A model generated the notes under the pieces. The model was not told the origin of the DNA. It searched no databases and saw only the letters and a list, made by a program, of their open reading frames with translations. This document shows positions 49,349 through 58,494 of a stretch of DNA of 64,000 nucleotides, piece after piece. The stretch is taken from positions 128,001-192,000 of the forward strand of contig CAWAMW010000002.1 of the NCBI GenBank assembly GCA_963783305.1. Direction: 5' to 3'. The DNA is from an uncultured Gemmatimonadales bacterium (GTDB lineage: Bacteria; Gemmatimonadota; Gemmatimonadetes; Longimicrobiales; RSA9). The position numbers were made by a program, and so were the translations under genes. Position 1 is the stretch's first letter; every line of letters begins with the position of its first letter.

Positions 49349-49885
49349 TCAGATGGCCGGACTCCCTCTGCGCGACCGTCCTTCTGCTCCCGAAGTCGCC
49401 ACCAGGAGAGATGACGGGTGCGTTTCAACGCTGCGCCCGACTGTTCCAGCTCGCAGCTCTGCCGCCGCCGCCCACGTGAACATACTCGCGACGACCGCGC
49501 CGGCGGCCAGCTTGCTCAGGGCCACCAGTGCCGACATATCGAATGACGGCCGGATAGCCGGGTTGACAATGGCCCGCATCTGGAGCGCGTCCAGAACGAA
49601 GATTCCCGCCGCGCCCAGAAGTGCCACCGCCAGTACCGCGCTGAAGATGGCCACGCCTCGCAGCACCCGACCATGCCCCAGGGCCGCCGCAAGGAATGCG
49701 GTCAGCAGGACGCCCAGGAAGACCGCCTCCATGGACAGGCTCAGGAACCCCACCACGCCGTACCGCCACGACGCTTCGCCCAGCTGGACCGGGCGCGCAC
49801 GGAGGTACAGGTCCGTGAAGGGTGCCACTACCAGGAAGAACGCAATCAGATATCCCGGCCGGAGCACCTGCGCGCGGGGCAGCAC
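49349..49885 (-). CDS. Hypothetical 4-TM membrane protein (paralogue of the next gene)
   Basis: GY..A..LV..P..DL...WRY...LS.S motif shared with 49890-50393. Confidence 0.72.
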   Translation of the reverse strand: MLPRAQVLRPGYLIAFFLVVAPFTDLYLRARPVQLGEASWRYGVVGFLSLSMEAVFLGVLLTAFLAAALGHGRVLRGVAIFSAVLAVALLGAAGIFVLDALQMRAIVNPAIRPSFDMSALVALSKLAAGAVVASMFTWAAAAELRAGTVGRSVETHPSSLLVATSGAEGRSRRGSPAI

Positions 49886-49889
49886 CGCC

Positions 49890-50393
49890 TCAGCTCCGCC
49901 CCGGCAGAGGACGCTCCGTACCGGTCGGGATTCGCGCCCCGTCGACTTCAGCCGACTCCGAAGCTGTCCCCGCGACACGGGCCAGGAGCGCGAGCGTCGT
50001 CAATGCCAGCGTCACCTTCCCCACCGCGGCAAGCCAGGCGCCCCCGAACAGCGGCGCGAGCCCCCGGCGGAGCTCTCCGCCTCGCAGGCCGATGGAATCC
50101 ACCATGAACACGAGCAGAAGCGACAGGAGCGCGACGGCCCCTGCGGCCGCGATCACCCTGAGCGCACTCGCCGCCCGTCTGTGCCGGAACGTCGTCGCGA
50201 GCACCATAGCCACGAACACGCCCAGCACCGGCGTCATCAACGATCGACTCAGCAGCTCCGTCAGTGAGTACCGCCACTCCACGATCGTCGGTGAGAGAGG
50301 CAGCGCGAGAGTGATCAGGTCCACCAGTGGGAAAACGATGAGCCAGAGGGCCACGGCATAACCGGGCAGAGCCAGTGCAGAGTACCGACGCAC
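49890..50393 (-). CDS. Hypothetical 4-TM membrane protein
   Basis: AGGAG RBS; same motif pattern as 49349-49885. Confidence 0.72.
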   Translation of the reverse strand: MRRYSALALPGYAVALWLIVFPLVDLITLALPLSPTIVEWRYSLTELLSRSLMTPVLGVFVAMVLATTFRHRRAASALRVIAAAGAVALLSLLLVFMVDSIGLRGGELRRGLAPLFGGAWLAAVGKVTLALTTLALLARVAGTASESAEVDGARIPTGTERPLPGRS

Positions 50394-50429
50394 GGATCGA
50401 GCTCCTGATGAGGGGACGAACAGCAGAAA

Positions 50430-50465
50430 CGGGGGCCGTGAACGCCCGAGCGCCCACGGCCCCCG
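50430..50465 (-). terminator. Hairpin terminator after the PEP-CTERM gene
   Basis: cgggggccgtg/cacggcccccg stem, followed by TTT on the minus strand. Confidence 0.7.
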
Positions 50466-50480
50466 TGCTCTTGCAGGTAA

Positions 50481-50996
50481 CTACGCCTCGGTGACTCCCC
50501 TCCTGCGCCGGGATATGAAGCCCACTCCCGCCAGACCGCCCAGGAGCAGCATCATCGACGTCGGCTCGGGCACCGGCGTCGTCTGCGACATGATGAACGC
50601 GCCTCCAGTGTTCGAAGTCGTGGTCCGCTGGATCACGTCGATCGTGATCAGGTCCCCCGCGGCCACCGTGAACATGCCCTTGCTCAGGAGTGCATTCGCC
50701 CAGGCCGCATCGCCAGTAGAGGCGCCGGTGCTCGTACCGTCATCCGCGGCCACGACCGATGTGCTGCCCACGGAGGACCCGCCGGCGAACACTTCGAACA
50801 TGTCGCCCACGATGCAGCAGTCGACCACCAGAAGTGTAGAAGTGGTCGCCGTGAACTGCTCGCCGATCGTGCCGATGTCCAGCCAGCTGAACGTGAACCA
50901 CGTGTCGGCCGTGAGCGTCGTCTGCGCGTCGAGGTGCAACGGGGCCGCCAGGGCTCCGACCAGGGCGAAGGATACAATCCAGCGTGGTGCTCGCAT
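50481..50996 (-). CDS. PEP-CTERM sorting domain-containing protein
   Basis: Signal peptide; VVDCCIVGDMFEVF; VPEPTSMMLLLGGLAGVGFISRRRR. Confidence 0.92.
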   Translation of the reverse strand: MRAPRWIVSFALVGALAAPLHLDAQTTLTADTWFTFSWLDIGTIGEQFTATTSTLLVVDCCIVGDMFEVFAGGSSVGSTSVVAADDGTSTGASTGDAAWANALLSKGMFTVAAGDLITIDVIQRTTTSNTGGAFIMSQTTPVPEPTSMMLLLGGLAGVGFISRRRRGVTEA

Positions 50997-51360
50997 GCGG
51001 GTCTCCTAGAACTGAAAGGGGGGCCGACCGGCGGATCGTGTCCACCGCGTCGGAATGCCGGTGTTGGTGCAATTGGGTGGCCGCGCGGCCGCGTTGCGGC
51101 GAGGAACGGGCCGGGATAGAGCAATAAACCGCACGTGCACTCCTCAGCCATGCACACGCCTTCCGCGAGGACGGCCGGGGAGACCGGGGTGTTCCTGTCG
51201 CGGGGAAGCCACAGGTGTGGTGGACAGGTCCGACATCTGGCGCCCCGGCTCCCCGGAGGCCGCCTCGCGTACCTGGACGGAGAGCCGGCGGACGCGAGAA
51301 GGCCCGACACTCCGAGGAGCGCCGGGCCTCCAGCCCACCGGGTGGGGCCGACCGCGGCCC

Positions 51361-52764
51361 CTACATCTTCTTCAGCGCCGCCACCAGCTTCGTCAGCGAG
51401 TCCTTCGCGTCACCGAAGAGCATCTTGTTGTTGTCCTTGTAGAACAGCGGGTTGTCGGTACCCGCGAACCCGGGGTTCAGCGACCGCTTCATCACGATCG
51501 TGTTCGCGGCGTAGTCCGCGTTGATGATGGGCATCCCGTACAGCGGGCTGTCCGTCTTGGTCCGCGCGTCCGGATTCACCACGTCGTTGGCGCCGATGAT
51601 GAGCGCCACGTCCGTCCGCTCCATCTCGGAGTTGACGGCATCGGCCTCGTACAGCTGGTCGTAAGGCACGTTGGCCTCGGCCAGCAGCACGTTCATGTGA
51701 CCGGGCATGCGTCCGGCGACGGGGTGGATCGCGAACTTCACGGTCACGCCCTTCTCGCCGAGCAGGTCGGCCAGCTCGCGGGCCTGGTGCTGCGCCTGGG
51801 CGACGGCCAGGCCGTAGCCGGGGATGATCACGACGCTCTCGCTGTAGGCCATGAGGACGGCGGCGTCCTCCGCGGTAATCTCCCGCGCGATCTTGGTCAC
51901 GCCATCCTCACCAGCCACCGCTGCGGTCTGTGAGCCGAACGCGCTGAAGAGCACGTTGGACAGCGACCGGTTCATCGCCCTGCACATGATGTTCGTGAGG
52001 ATCAGGCCGGACGCACCCACCAGGGCACCGGCAATGATCAGCACGTTGTTGCCGAGCACGAAGCCCGCTGCCGACGCCGCCAGTCCCGAATAGGAGTTGA
52101 GGAGCGCCACCACCACCGGCATGTCCGCGCCCCCGATCGGCATCACGAACAGGATCCCGAACAGGAGCGAAAGGCCGGTCAGGACCAGGAAGATCCAGAG
52201 GTCGGCCGTGGGATCCACCGCGAGCCAGGCGCCCACGGCCAGCAGCGCGATGAACAGCAGCGCGTTGATGAACTGCTGGCCCGGGTAGGTGAACGGCTTC
52301 TCGAAGTGCCCCTCCAGCTTGGCCCAGGCGATGAAGCTCCCGCTGAACGTCACCGACCCGATCAGGATAGACAGCACGATCGTGAGGGAAACGTCGAAGG
52401 TGACGACCTCGGCGGCCGCCGCGACGCCCACCGGCGGGTACGCGATCTTGAGGTACTCGGCCACGGCCACGAGCGCCGAAGCGCCGCCGCCGAACGCGTT
52501 GAATACCGCCACCATCTGGGGCATCTGGGTCATCTGGACCCAGCGCGCCAGGAAGGCGCCGATGCCGCCGCCGATGACCACACCCACCACGATCCAGGTC
52601 CAGTCCATGCCGCCGTAGAGCAGGGTGGCCAGCATGGCCAGCGCCATGCCCACGGCGCCCAGGATGTTGCCGCTCCGTGCGGTTTCCGGGTCGCTCAGAC
52701 GCTTGAGCCCGACGATGAAGAGGACGGAAGCAAGCAGATAGGCAATCTCGATCCAGAGATCCAT
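51361..52764 (-). CDS. pntB: NAD(P) transhydrogenase subunit beta
   Basis: IGGADMPVVV..LNSYSG, PGYGLAVAQAQH, IHPVAGRMPGHMNVLLAEA, GANDVVNP, KRSL. Confidence 0.97.
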   Translation of the reverse strand: MDLWIEIAYLLASVLFIVGLKRLSDPETARSGNILGAVGMALAMLATLLYGGMDWTWIVVGVVIGGGIGAFLARWVQMTQMPQMVAVFNAFGGGASALVAVAEYLKIAYPPVGVAAAAEVVTFDVSLTIVLSILIGSVTFSGSFIAWAKLEGHFEKPFTYPGQQFINALLFIALLAVGAWLAVDPTADLWIFLVLTGLSLLFGILFVMPIGGADMPVVVALLNSYSGLAASAAGFVLGNNVLIIAGALVGASGLILTNIMCRAMNRSLSNVLFSAFGSQTAAVAGEDGVTKIAREITAEDAAVLMAYSESVVIIPGYGLAVAQAQHQARELADLLGEKGVTVKFAIHPVAGRMPGHMNVLLAEANVPYDQLYEADAVNSEMERTDVALIIGANDVVNPDARTKTDSPLYGMPIINADYAANTIVMKRSLNPGFAGTDNPLFYKDNNKMLFGDAKDSLTKLVAALKKM

Positions 52765-52768
52765 TACT

Positions 52769-53065
52769 CTAGGCCTTCCTCTCTTGCTTCTTCTTGAACA
52801 TCTGGAGCATGCGGTCGGTGACCATGAAGCCGCCCACCACGTTGATGGTGGCCATGATCACGGCGATCACTCCGATGACCGTCTGGGTGGTTCCCTCCGT
52901 CCAATGCGACAGGACGAGCAGCGCGCCGACGATGCTGATCCCCGAGATCGCGTTGGAGCCCGACATCAAAGGTGTGTGCAGGATCGACGGTACCTTGGTG
53001 ATGACCTCGAAGCCCACGAAGCACGCGAGCACGAAGACATATACCGATACGAGTAGTGCTGGCAT
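52769..53065 (-). CDS. pntA: NAD(P) transhydrogenase alpha subunit, part 2 (membrane)
   Basis: VPSILHTPLMSGSNAISG, INVVGGFMVTDRML. Confidence 0.95.
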   Translation of the reverse strand: MPALLVSVYVFVLACFVGFEVITKVPSILHTPLMSGSNAISGISIVGALLVLSHWTEGTTQTVIGVIAVIMATINVVGGFMVTDRMLQMFKKKQERKA

Positions 53066-53086
53066 AATCTCTCTTCCCTATCCCGG

Positions 53087-54229
53087 CTAGGCGCCGATGG
53101 CGTCACGGGTGCGCTCATGCACGATCTTCCCGTCGTGCGTCACGCAGCACTCCCGCGTGATCTCATCATCGAAATCCACCTTCAGCGCCTTCGACTCGGC
53201 GTCATACAGGTGCTTGAGCAGCTCGTAAATGTTCTTCGAGTACATCATGCTGGAGTTGCGCGGAAGGTCGCTCGCGGGGTTGATCTTGCCCACCACCTTC
53301 ACCCCGTTGTGAACCACCGTCTCCCCAGCTTTCGTCAGCTCGCAGTTCCCCCCGGACTCCGCCGCCAGGTCCACGATCACCGCTCCGGGGCGCATCGCCT
53401 CCACCATGTCCGTCGTGATGAGCACCGGCGCCTTCCGGCCCGGCACCTGAGCGGTGGTGATCACCACATCGCTCTCCGAGCAGATCTTGTGGAGCAGCTC
53501 GTGCTCCTTCTTCTGCTGGTCCTCCGTCACTTCCTTGGCGTAGCCGCCCTTCGTCTCCGCCTCATCCAACGTGATGCCGACGAACTTCGCGCCCAGCGAC
53601 TCCACCTGCTCGGCCGCGGCCGGTCGGATGTCGAAGCCCTTCACGCGCGCGCCCAGCCGCTTGGCCGTGGCGATCGCCTGGAGCCCGGCCACGCCCGCGC
53701 CGATCACCAGCACGTTCGCCGGCGGGATCGTGCCCGCGGCGGTGGTGAGCATCGGGAAGAAGGCGTCCACGGCCATGGCGCCCTCGAGCGCCGCAATGTA
53801 GCCGGCGGCGGTGGCCTGCGACGACAGCGCGTCCATTCGCTGTGCCACGGTGATCCGGGGCACGAGCTCCATGCTGAAGCTCGAGACGCCGGCCTCGGCC
53901 ATCCCCTTCACCAGCTCCGGCGAGGTCAGCGGAAGCATGAAGCCGATGAAGCCCGACCCCTTCTTCAGCCGCGCGACCTCGCCCTCCGCCCCGCCCACCT
54001 GCGGCGGAGCCACTTTCACCACCACATCCGTTTCGTAGACCGAAGCGGCGTCACCCGCCACCTTGGCTCCCGCCTCGGTGTAGGCGGCATCCGTGAAGCC
54101 GGCGCTCTCGCCGGCTCCGGACTCCACGATGACTTCGAGCCCCTCAGACACCAGCTTCTGCACGGTGTCCGGGACCAGAGCCACGCGACGCTCACCCGGG
54201 ACGCTTTCCCGCGGCACTCCAACCTTCAT
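53087..54229 (-). CDS. pntA: NAD(P) transhydrogenase alpha subunit, part 1 (NAD-binding)
   Basis: ERRVAL, RITVAQRMDALSSQ, GAGVAGLQA, GGYAKE, DLAAESGGNC. Confidence 0.95.
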   Translation of the reverse strand: MKVGVPRESVPGERRVALVPDTVQKLVSEGLEVIVESGAGESAGFTDAAYTEAGAKVAGDAASVYETDVVVKVAPPQVGGAEGEVARLKKGSGFIGFMLPLTSPELVKGMAEAGVSSFSMELVPRITVAQRMDALSSQATAAGYIAALEGAMAVDAFFPMLTTAAGTIPPANVLVIGAGVAGLQAIATAKRLGARVKGFDIRPAAAEQVESLGAKFVGITLDEAETKGGYAKEVTEDQQKKEHELLHKICSESDVVITTAQVPGRKAPVLITTDMVEAMRPGAVIVDLAAESGGNCELTKAGETVVHNGVKVVGKINPASDLPRNSSMMYSKNIYELLKHLYDAESKALKVDFDDEITRECCVTHDGKIVHERTRDAIGA

Positions 54230-54374
54230 TGCCGTTCCTCCTTCGGATTGCCCGTTTGGGAGCCGCGACTGGCGCTACGTCGCGGCCGCCGACAATTTAA
54301 CAGGGGCAGGTCGGGAAGCCAGTCCGCCACCCGTGGGAAATTCCCCCATTCTCTTGTAGGAGAACATACAGGTC

Positions 54375-55007
54375 ATGCGCAGGGGGTTCACATTGATCGA
54401 GATCATGGTAGCCCTCATGATCTTGTCCGGCCTGATCGCCATCATGATTCCGGTGGTCATGGACCAGGCCCAGCGCGGTGAGCCCACGCGGCTGGCCGGC
54501 GACCTCTCGGCCGTCGGGTCCGCTCTGTCCATGTTCCGCGCCCATGTGCTCACTCTGCCTGACGACATGGAGGACCTGGCGAACCCAATCACGGTCACGG
54601 ACCGGCAGCTGAACTCCCTCGAGTATTCCTCCTCCATGGTCCGGCGGTGGAACGGTCCCTACCTCGACACGCCCATGGAGGAGCGCGGTCCGGCCGACCG
54701 GTTCAGCCCCGACTCCCTCCAGACCGGCTTCAAGGCCTTCATCGCCCCCGTCTTCGCCCTCTACGACGGGCTTTCGAACGACTCCCTGCCCGTGTTGGCC
54801 GCGGAGGACGCGAACTTCGTCGCAATCATGGTGAGAGGACTCGACGCGGAGGAGTTCGAGACTCTGAACGACCTCATCGATGGGGAGGCGGAGGTGATGG
54901 GCGTACCGGGATGCACCCTGTGCAGCTTCGACCGGGGCAACCTGCGCTACGACCCCGCGGCGGAGATCACGTACTACCTGGCGGTCCCCTACCGGTTCGG
55001 CTCCTGA
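54375..55007 (+). CDS. Stand-alone GspG-like prepilin
   Basis: MRRGFTLIEIMV; WNGPYL; LNDLIDGE; GCTLC. Confidence 0.85.
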   Translation: MRRGFTLIEIMVALMILSGLIAIMIPVVMDQAQRGEPTRLAGDLSAVGSALSMFRAHVLTLPDDMEDLANPITVTDRQLNSLEYSSSMVRRWNGPYLDTPMEERGPADRFSPDSLQTGFKAFIAPVFALYDGLSNDSLPVLAAEDANFVAIMVRGLDAEEFETLNDLIDGEAEVMGVPGCTLCSFDRGNLRYDPAAEITYYLAVPYRFGS

Positions 55008-55462
55008 CGGCCGCCGCCGCCCAGCAGGTTCGGTAGCACGCGGGCCCGGTAGTCGAAGATCCCTTCGAGCTGACGCCGCACCAGTACCGCGTGAGCCAGC
55101 CGACCGAGCGGCCCCAAAGGCAGCTCGTACGTTACCGTGTCCCGGACCTCGGTTCCGCCCTCCACCTCCCTGAACTCGTGCTCGTGGTGCCACCGGGCAT
55201 AGGGACCCTTCACCTGCTCGTCCACGAACCGGTGGGGCGGGTCGTAGGCGGTGATCTCGGAAACCCACTTCTGCGGCAGACCCAGCGGGCGGATCCGGTA
55301 CTCGATCCGGAGCCCTTCCCGCATCCGCCCATCGTCGCTCACCATCCGGAACGCGAGCCACGGTGGGGTGATACGGCCCAGGTTCTCCGGCCGGGAGAAG
55401 AATTCGAACGTCTCCGGCAGGGGTGACGCGGTCCGCTGGACTCGGTGCAGGGTGTATTCCAT
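54989..55462 (-). CDS. SRPBCC family protein
   Basis: FFSRPENLGRITPPWL, FVDEQVKGPY..W.H.H.F, IFDYR. Confidence 0.88.
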   Translation of the reverse strand: MEYTLHRVQRTASPLPETFEFFSRPENLGRITPPWLAFRMVSDDGRMREGLRIEYRIRPLGLPQKWVSEITAYDPPHRFVDEQVKGPYARWHHEHEFREVEGGTEVRDTVTYELPLGPLGRLAHAVLVRRQLEGIFDYRARVLPNLLGGGGRQEPNR

Positions 55463-55472
55463 TCGGCTCCCG

Positions 55473-55859
55473 TCAGACGACGGCCACCGCCTCGATCTCG
55501 ACCAGGATCGCGGGATCGATGAACCCGGACACCTCCACCAGCGTGGTCGCGGGCTTCGCGTGCCCCAGGACCTCCACGTGGGCGCGACCCACCTCCTCCC
55601 ACGTGGACGCGTCCCGCACGTACAGCCGCGTCCGCACCACGTGCTCCGGCCGCGCGCCCGCCTCGCCCAGAGCCGCCACGATCAGCTCCAGCACCCGCTT
55701 CGCCTGGAGATAGACATCCCCGGGATGCGCGATGGTGCCGTCTTCCGCCACGGGCGCCGTGCCCGATACATAGATCGTATCGCCCACACGGATCGCCCGG
55801 GAATAGCCCACCTTCCCCGCCCACGGCGCACTCGTCGGTACCCTGCGTCGCTCTGCCAT
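55473..55859 (-). CDS. RidA/YjgF family protein
   Basis: GYSRAIRVG, VSGT, VVRTR.YV, PATT, VEIEA. Confidence 0.9.
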   Translation of the reverse strand: MAERRRVPTSAPWAGKVGYSRAIRVGDTIYVSGTAPVAEDGTIAHPGDVYLQAKRVLELIVAALGEAGARPEHVVRTRLYVRDASTWEEVGRAHVEVLGHAKPATTLVEVSGFIDPAILVEIEAVAVV

Positions 55860-55973
55860 CCAGGAAAGATGGGAGCGAAGCGGCGTCGGGAACAGCCCCG
55901 GTTACAGGTCACAGTTTTACAGGTCACGGGTCGCGCCTCCCCGCTGCGGCGGCCCGCGCGCAGCCTGGTCGCC

Positions 55974-56210
55974 TCAGCCGCGGCCGGTTCGCTCCTGCAG
56001 CTCGTCGATCCGCTGCGACGCCTCCGCCTTGCTCAGATCCGGGTGGAACTCCACCCCCGCTTCCTGGGACAGCGTCTTCAGGTAGCTGGCCTGCGCCCCC
56101 GTCATCCGCTCGTCCCCCGTAACCCACTCCTCCGGGTCCTTGGCCGCGTTCCCCGGGGGCGCGTCCGATCGCTTCGGATGCTCCATCCGGTCCTCACCTC
56201 TATCGCTCAT
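55974..56210 (-). CDS. DUF3072 domain protein
   Basis: KDPEEWVTGDERMTGAQASYLKTLS...LSKAEAS.RIDEL; AGGAGG RBS. Confidence 0.85.
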   Translation of the reverse strand: MSDRGEDRMEHPKRSDAPPGNAAKDPEEWVTGDERMTGAQASYLKTLSQEAGVEFHPDLSKAEASQRIDELQERTGRG

Positions 56211-56321
56211 GATCCCTCCTTCGGGCTGAGATTCAGGAACACAGCGATGCAGGAGCCATACCGAACAAAGTCCGAACCGGGACGCCACTCCGCCCCTCGC
56301 GCCGCCACACCAGAAGCCGGG

Positions 56322-56350
56322 TTGTACCCGGCCCCGTCCGGCGCTATGTT
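56322..56350 (+). promoter_or_regulatory. Sigma70-type promoter of tRNA-Pro
   Basis: TTGTAC-N17-TATGTT about 20 nt upstream of the tRNA. Confidence 0.6.
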
Positions 56351-56369
56351 TCGGGCTGTCGAAGAACGA

Positions 56370-56443
56370 CGGGACGTAGCGCAGTCCGGTAGCGCACTGC
56401 AATGGGGTTGCAGGGGTCGTCGGTTCGAATCCGACCGTCCCGA
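56370..56443 (+). tRNA. tRNA-Pro(GGG), CCA not encoded
   Basis: Acceptor CGGGACG/CGTCCCG, D-arm GCGC/GCGC, anticodon arm CTGCA-ATGGGGT-TGCAG, T-loop GGTTCGAATCC. Confidence 0.96.
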
Positions 56444-56456
56444 CTGAGGTAAGTGG

Positions 56457-56495
56457 AACGCCCGCAAGGCTTTCGGTCTTGCGGGCGTTTGCTTT
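56457..56495 (+). terminator. Terminator hairpin after tRNA-Pro
   Basis: aacgcccgcaag/cttgcgggcgtt stem followed by a T-rich tail. Confidence 0.8.
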
Positions 56496-56665
56496 GTGAG
56501 GTGGGGGACTGACACTTCTCTTCGAGACTAACACTCTGGGCGGCGTTCGGCCGCTTCTGGCCCCAGAAGAATGTTGGGGCGTGTGCTATCAGCACGTATC
56601 TACGGACACGGAGCGGGCCTGTTCGAGTTCGGCTCCGAGCCCCTGTCCGAAAGCAGGCCACGCAC

Positions 56666-56960
56666 ATGGCGAAAATCTCGTACCTGATGGAGCTCACCAT
56701 CAACGACGGCCAGTTGGAGGCGTTCAAGGGCAAAGCCCGAGGCTTCGCCAACGCAGTCGAAGAGGATGAGCCCGGCACGACGGGTACCAGTGGTGGCTCG
56801 GCGAGGACGGCAAGCACTGTCTCATTCATGAGACCTTCGAAGATTCGGATGCGTTCCTGATCACCTCTAAAACGTCGGCCCTGGCCTCCCCGATCTGCTC
56901 GCCCTCGCACCCATTACGCGGTGCTAGGTGTTCGGTACCGTGAGCGACAATGTTAGATCC
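56666..56960 (+). pseudogene. Antibiotic-biosynthesis-monooxygenase (ABM)-like remnant
   Basis: MAKISYLMELTINDGQLEAFK...EEDEPGT, then frameshifted GYQWWLGEDGKHCLIHETFEDSDAFL, with a further shift and in-frame TAA/TAG. Confidence 0.7.
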
Positions 56961-57088
56961 GGCCCCGCTCGCGGCCGCGCGGGCTCTCGAGACCCGCAGT
57001 GTCTCATGACCTCCTTGATTTCTCGCCCCTCACCATCCCACACTACGGGTGGCTTTCCGGCCATTCCCCCTATCCCATGGAGGTATCC

Positions 57089-57928
57089 ATGTCGTTCGGT
57101 ACGCGCAGGGTCATCCTGCCCGCCCTCCTCGCGACCCCGCTGTTCCTGGTGACCGCCGCGGCGGCGCCCACCGCCGGCGCGCCCACCGCCGGCGCGCCAC
57201 CCGAGATCACGGTTACGGCGCGGGACTTTTCCTTCGACGCCCCCGACCGGATGCCCGCGGGCGCCGTGACCATCCGGTTCGAGAACCGGGGGCAGGCGTT
57301 CCACCACGCGCAGCTGGTCCGCCTGGAGGACGGCAGGACGCTGGAAGACCTGAGGGCGGCCGAGGCCGCGGGGCAGCCGGCCGATTTCGCGGTCTGGGTC
57401 GGTGGGCCGGGCGTGGTCGCGCCGGGTGGCGAGACGGTCGTGACGCTGGACCTGGAGCCCGGGCCCCACTACTGGCTCTGCTTCGTGGAGACCAGCGGTC
57501 AGCCCCATCTGGCGATGGGCATGGTCCACGCTGTGACGGTGGAAGGCGGCGATGGCGAGCCCCTCCCGCTGGCGGACCGGACCGTGGTCATGGACGACTA
57601 CTCGTTCGAGTTCGACCAGCCTCTCACCGCCGGCCGCCAGGTGGTCCGGGTGGAGAACCGGGCGGCCCAGCCGCACGAGCTGGTCCTGGTGAAGCTGGCC
57701 CCCGGCAAGACCATGGACGACGTGGTGGCCTTCATGGCGAGCGGCGAGGAGGGCGACCCGCCGGGGCGTCCCATGGGCGGAATGCAGGGGCTGACGAAGG
57801 GGCAGGTGGCCAACTTCGAGGTGTACCTCGATCCCGGCACCTACGGCCTCATCTGCTTCATCCCGGACGCTGGCGACGGAAAGCCCCATTTCGTCCACGG
57901 CATGGTGGACCACATCACGGTGGAGTAG
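57089..57928 (+). CDS. Secreted protein with two cupredoxin-like domains
   Basis: GGAGG RBS, signal peptide; two repeats of N...H...L...PG.Y...C...PH...GM. Confidence 0.8.
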   Translation: MSFGTRRVILPALLATPLFLVTAAAAPTAGAPTAGAPPEITVTARDFSFDAPDRMPAGAVTIRFENRGQAFHHAQLVRLEDGRTLEDLRAAEAAGQPADFAVWVGGPGVVAPGGETVVTLDLEPGPHYWLCFVETSGQPHLAMGMVHAVTVEGGDGEPLPLADRTVVMDDYSFEFDQPLTAGRQVVRVENRAAQPHELVLVKLAPGKTMDDVVAFMASGEEGDPPGRPMGGMQGLTKGQVANFEVYLDPGTYGLICFIPDAGDGKPHFVHGMVDHITVE

Positions 57929-58018
57929 AGCTTCAGCACGACGCCCGCCGGGTGGCTCCTGTGAGCGGCGCGCACCTCCTCCGGGAGGGCGGCCGTCGTG
58001 AGGGCGATGAAGGGAATC

Positions 58019-58302
58019 TCAGCTCCAGCCGCTCGACATCCAGCTCCGGTTCTCCTGACCCGGTGTGGGCGGCGCGACGTCCAGCCCCACATCTGAGCGA
58101 TCACCGGCACGTACGCCCCGAGCCGCAGCGGCCCCGCCGTCAGCGTCAGCGCACTGGTGAAGCTCCAGGTATCCGTCGGCTCGGTGAAGATGTACTTCCC
58201 CGTGCTGTACTGGAGGGTGCCGCCGTACGTCAGCTCCTGCGCCGCGGCGGTCGAAGTCTGTACGGCCGCCGCGACGAGGAGCAGGAGCGCGCGCCTGGGC
58301 AT
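58019..58302 (-). pseudogene. Truncated secreted or outer-membrane beta-barrel protein
   Basis: GGAGG RBS, signal peptide AAA-Q, GTLQYSTGKYIFTE...VPVIAQ, then loss of coherent sequence. Confidence 0.5.
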
Positions 58303-58314
58303 TGCGCACCCTCC

Positions 58315-58479
58315 TCAGCTCTGCCCGATCCGATTCCGGATCCGCTCCATCGACTGCAACGCCTCCTCCAGCTCGTCCGCCACCGCTCCCCAGCGCGCCT
58401 GCAGCCGCTCCATCTCCCGCTGGAGAGCACCATCGCCTGCCGCCGCACCCTCCCCGGCCATCTCCTGCACGCGCGCCAT
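58315..58479 (-). pseudogene. C-terminal helical fragment of a gene, fused by deletion to the DUF5602 remnant
   Basis: MARVQEMA...LQREMERLQARW...LEEALQSMERIRNRIGQS; the stop runs into the RBS of the next gene. Confidence 0.45.
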
Positions 58480-58494
58480 GTTCCGATGCGCCTC

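Noticed and set aside
51000..51260. Sigma-54 promoter or enhancer upstream of the PEP-CTERM genes (also 7420-7560)
   Set aside because: No GG-N10-GC with correct spacing was found, and the TGT...ACA spacings are inconsistent.
54333..54348. GTGGGAAATTCCCCCA palindrome similar to GTGGGAGATTTCCCCA at ~5302-5317
   Set aside because: Only two imperfect copies in unrelated contexts, which cannot be distinguished from chance.
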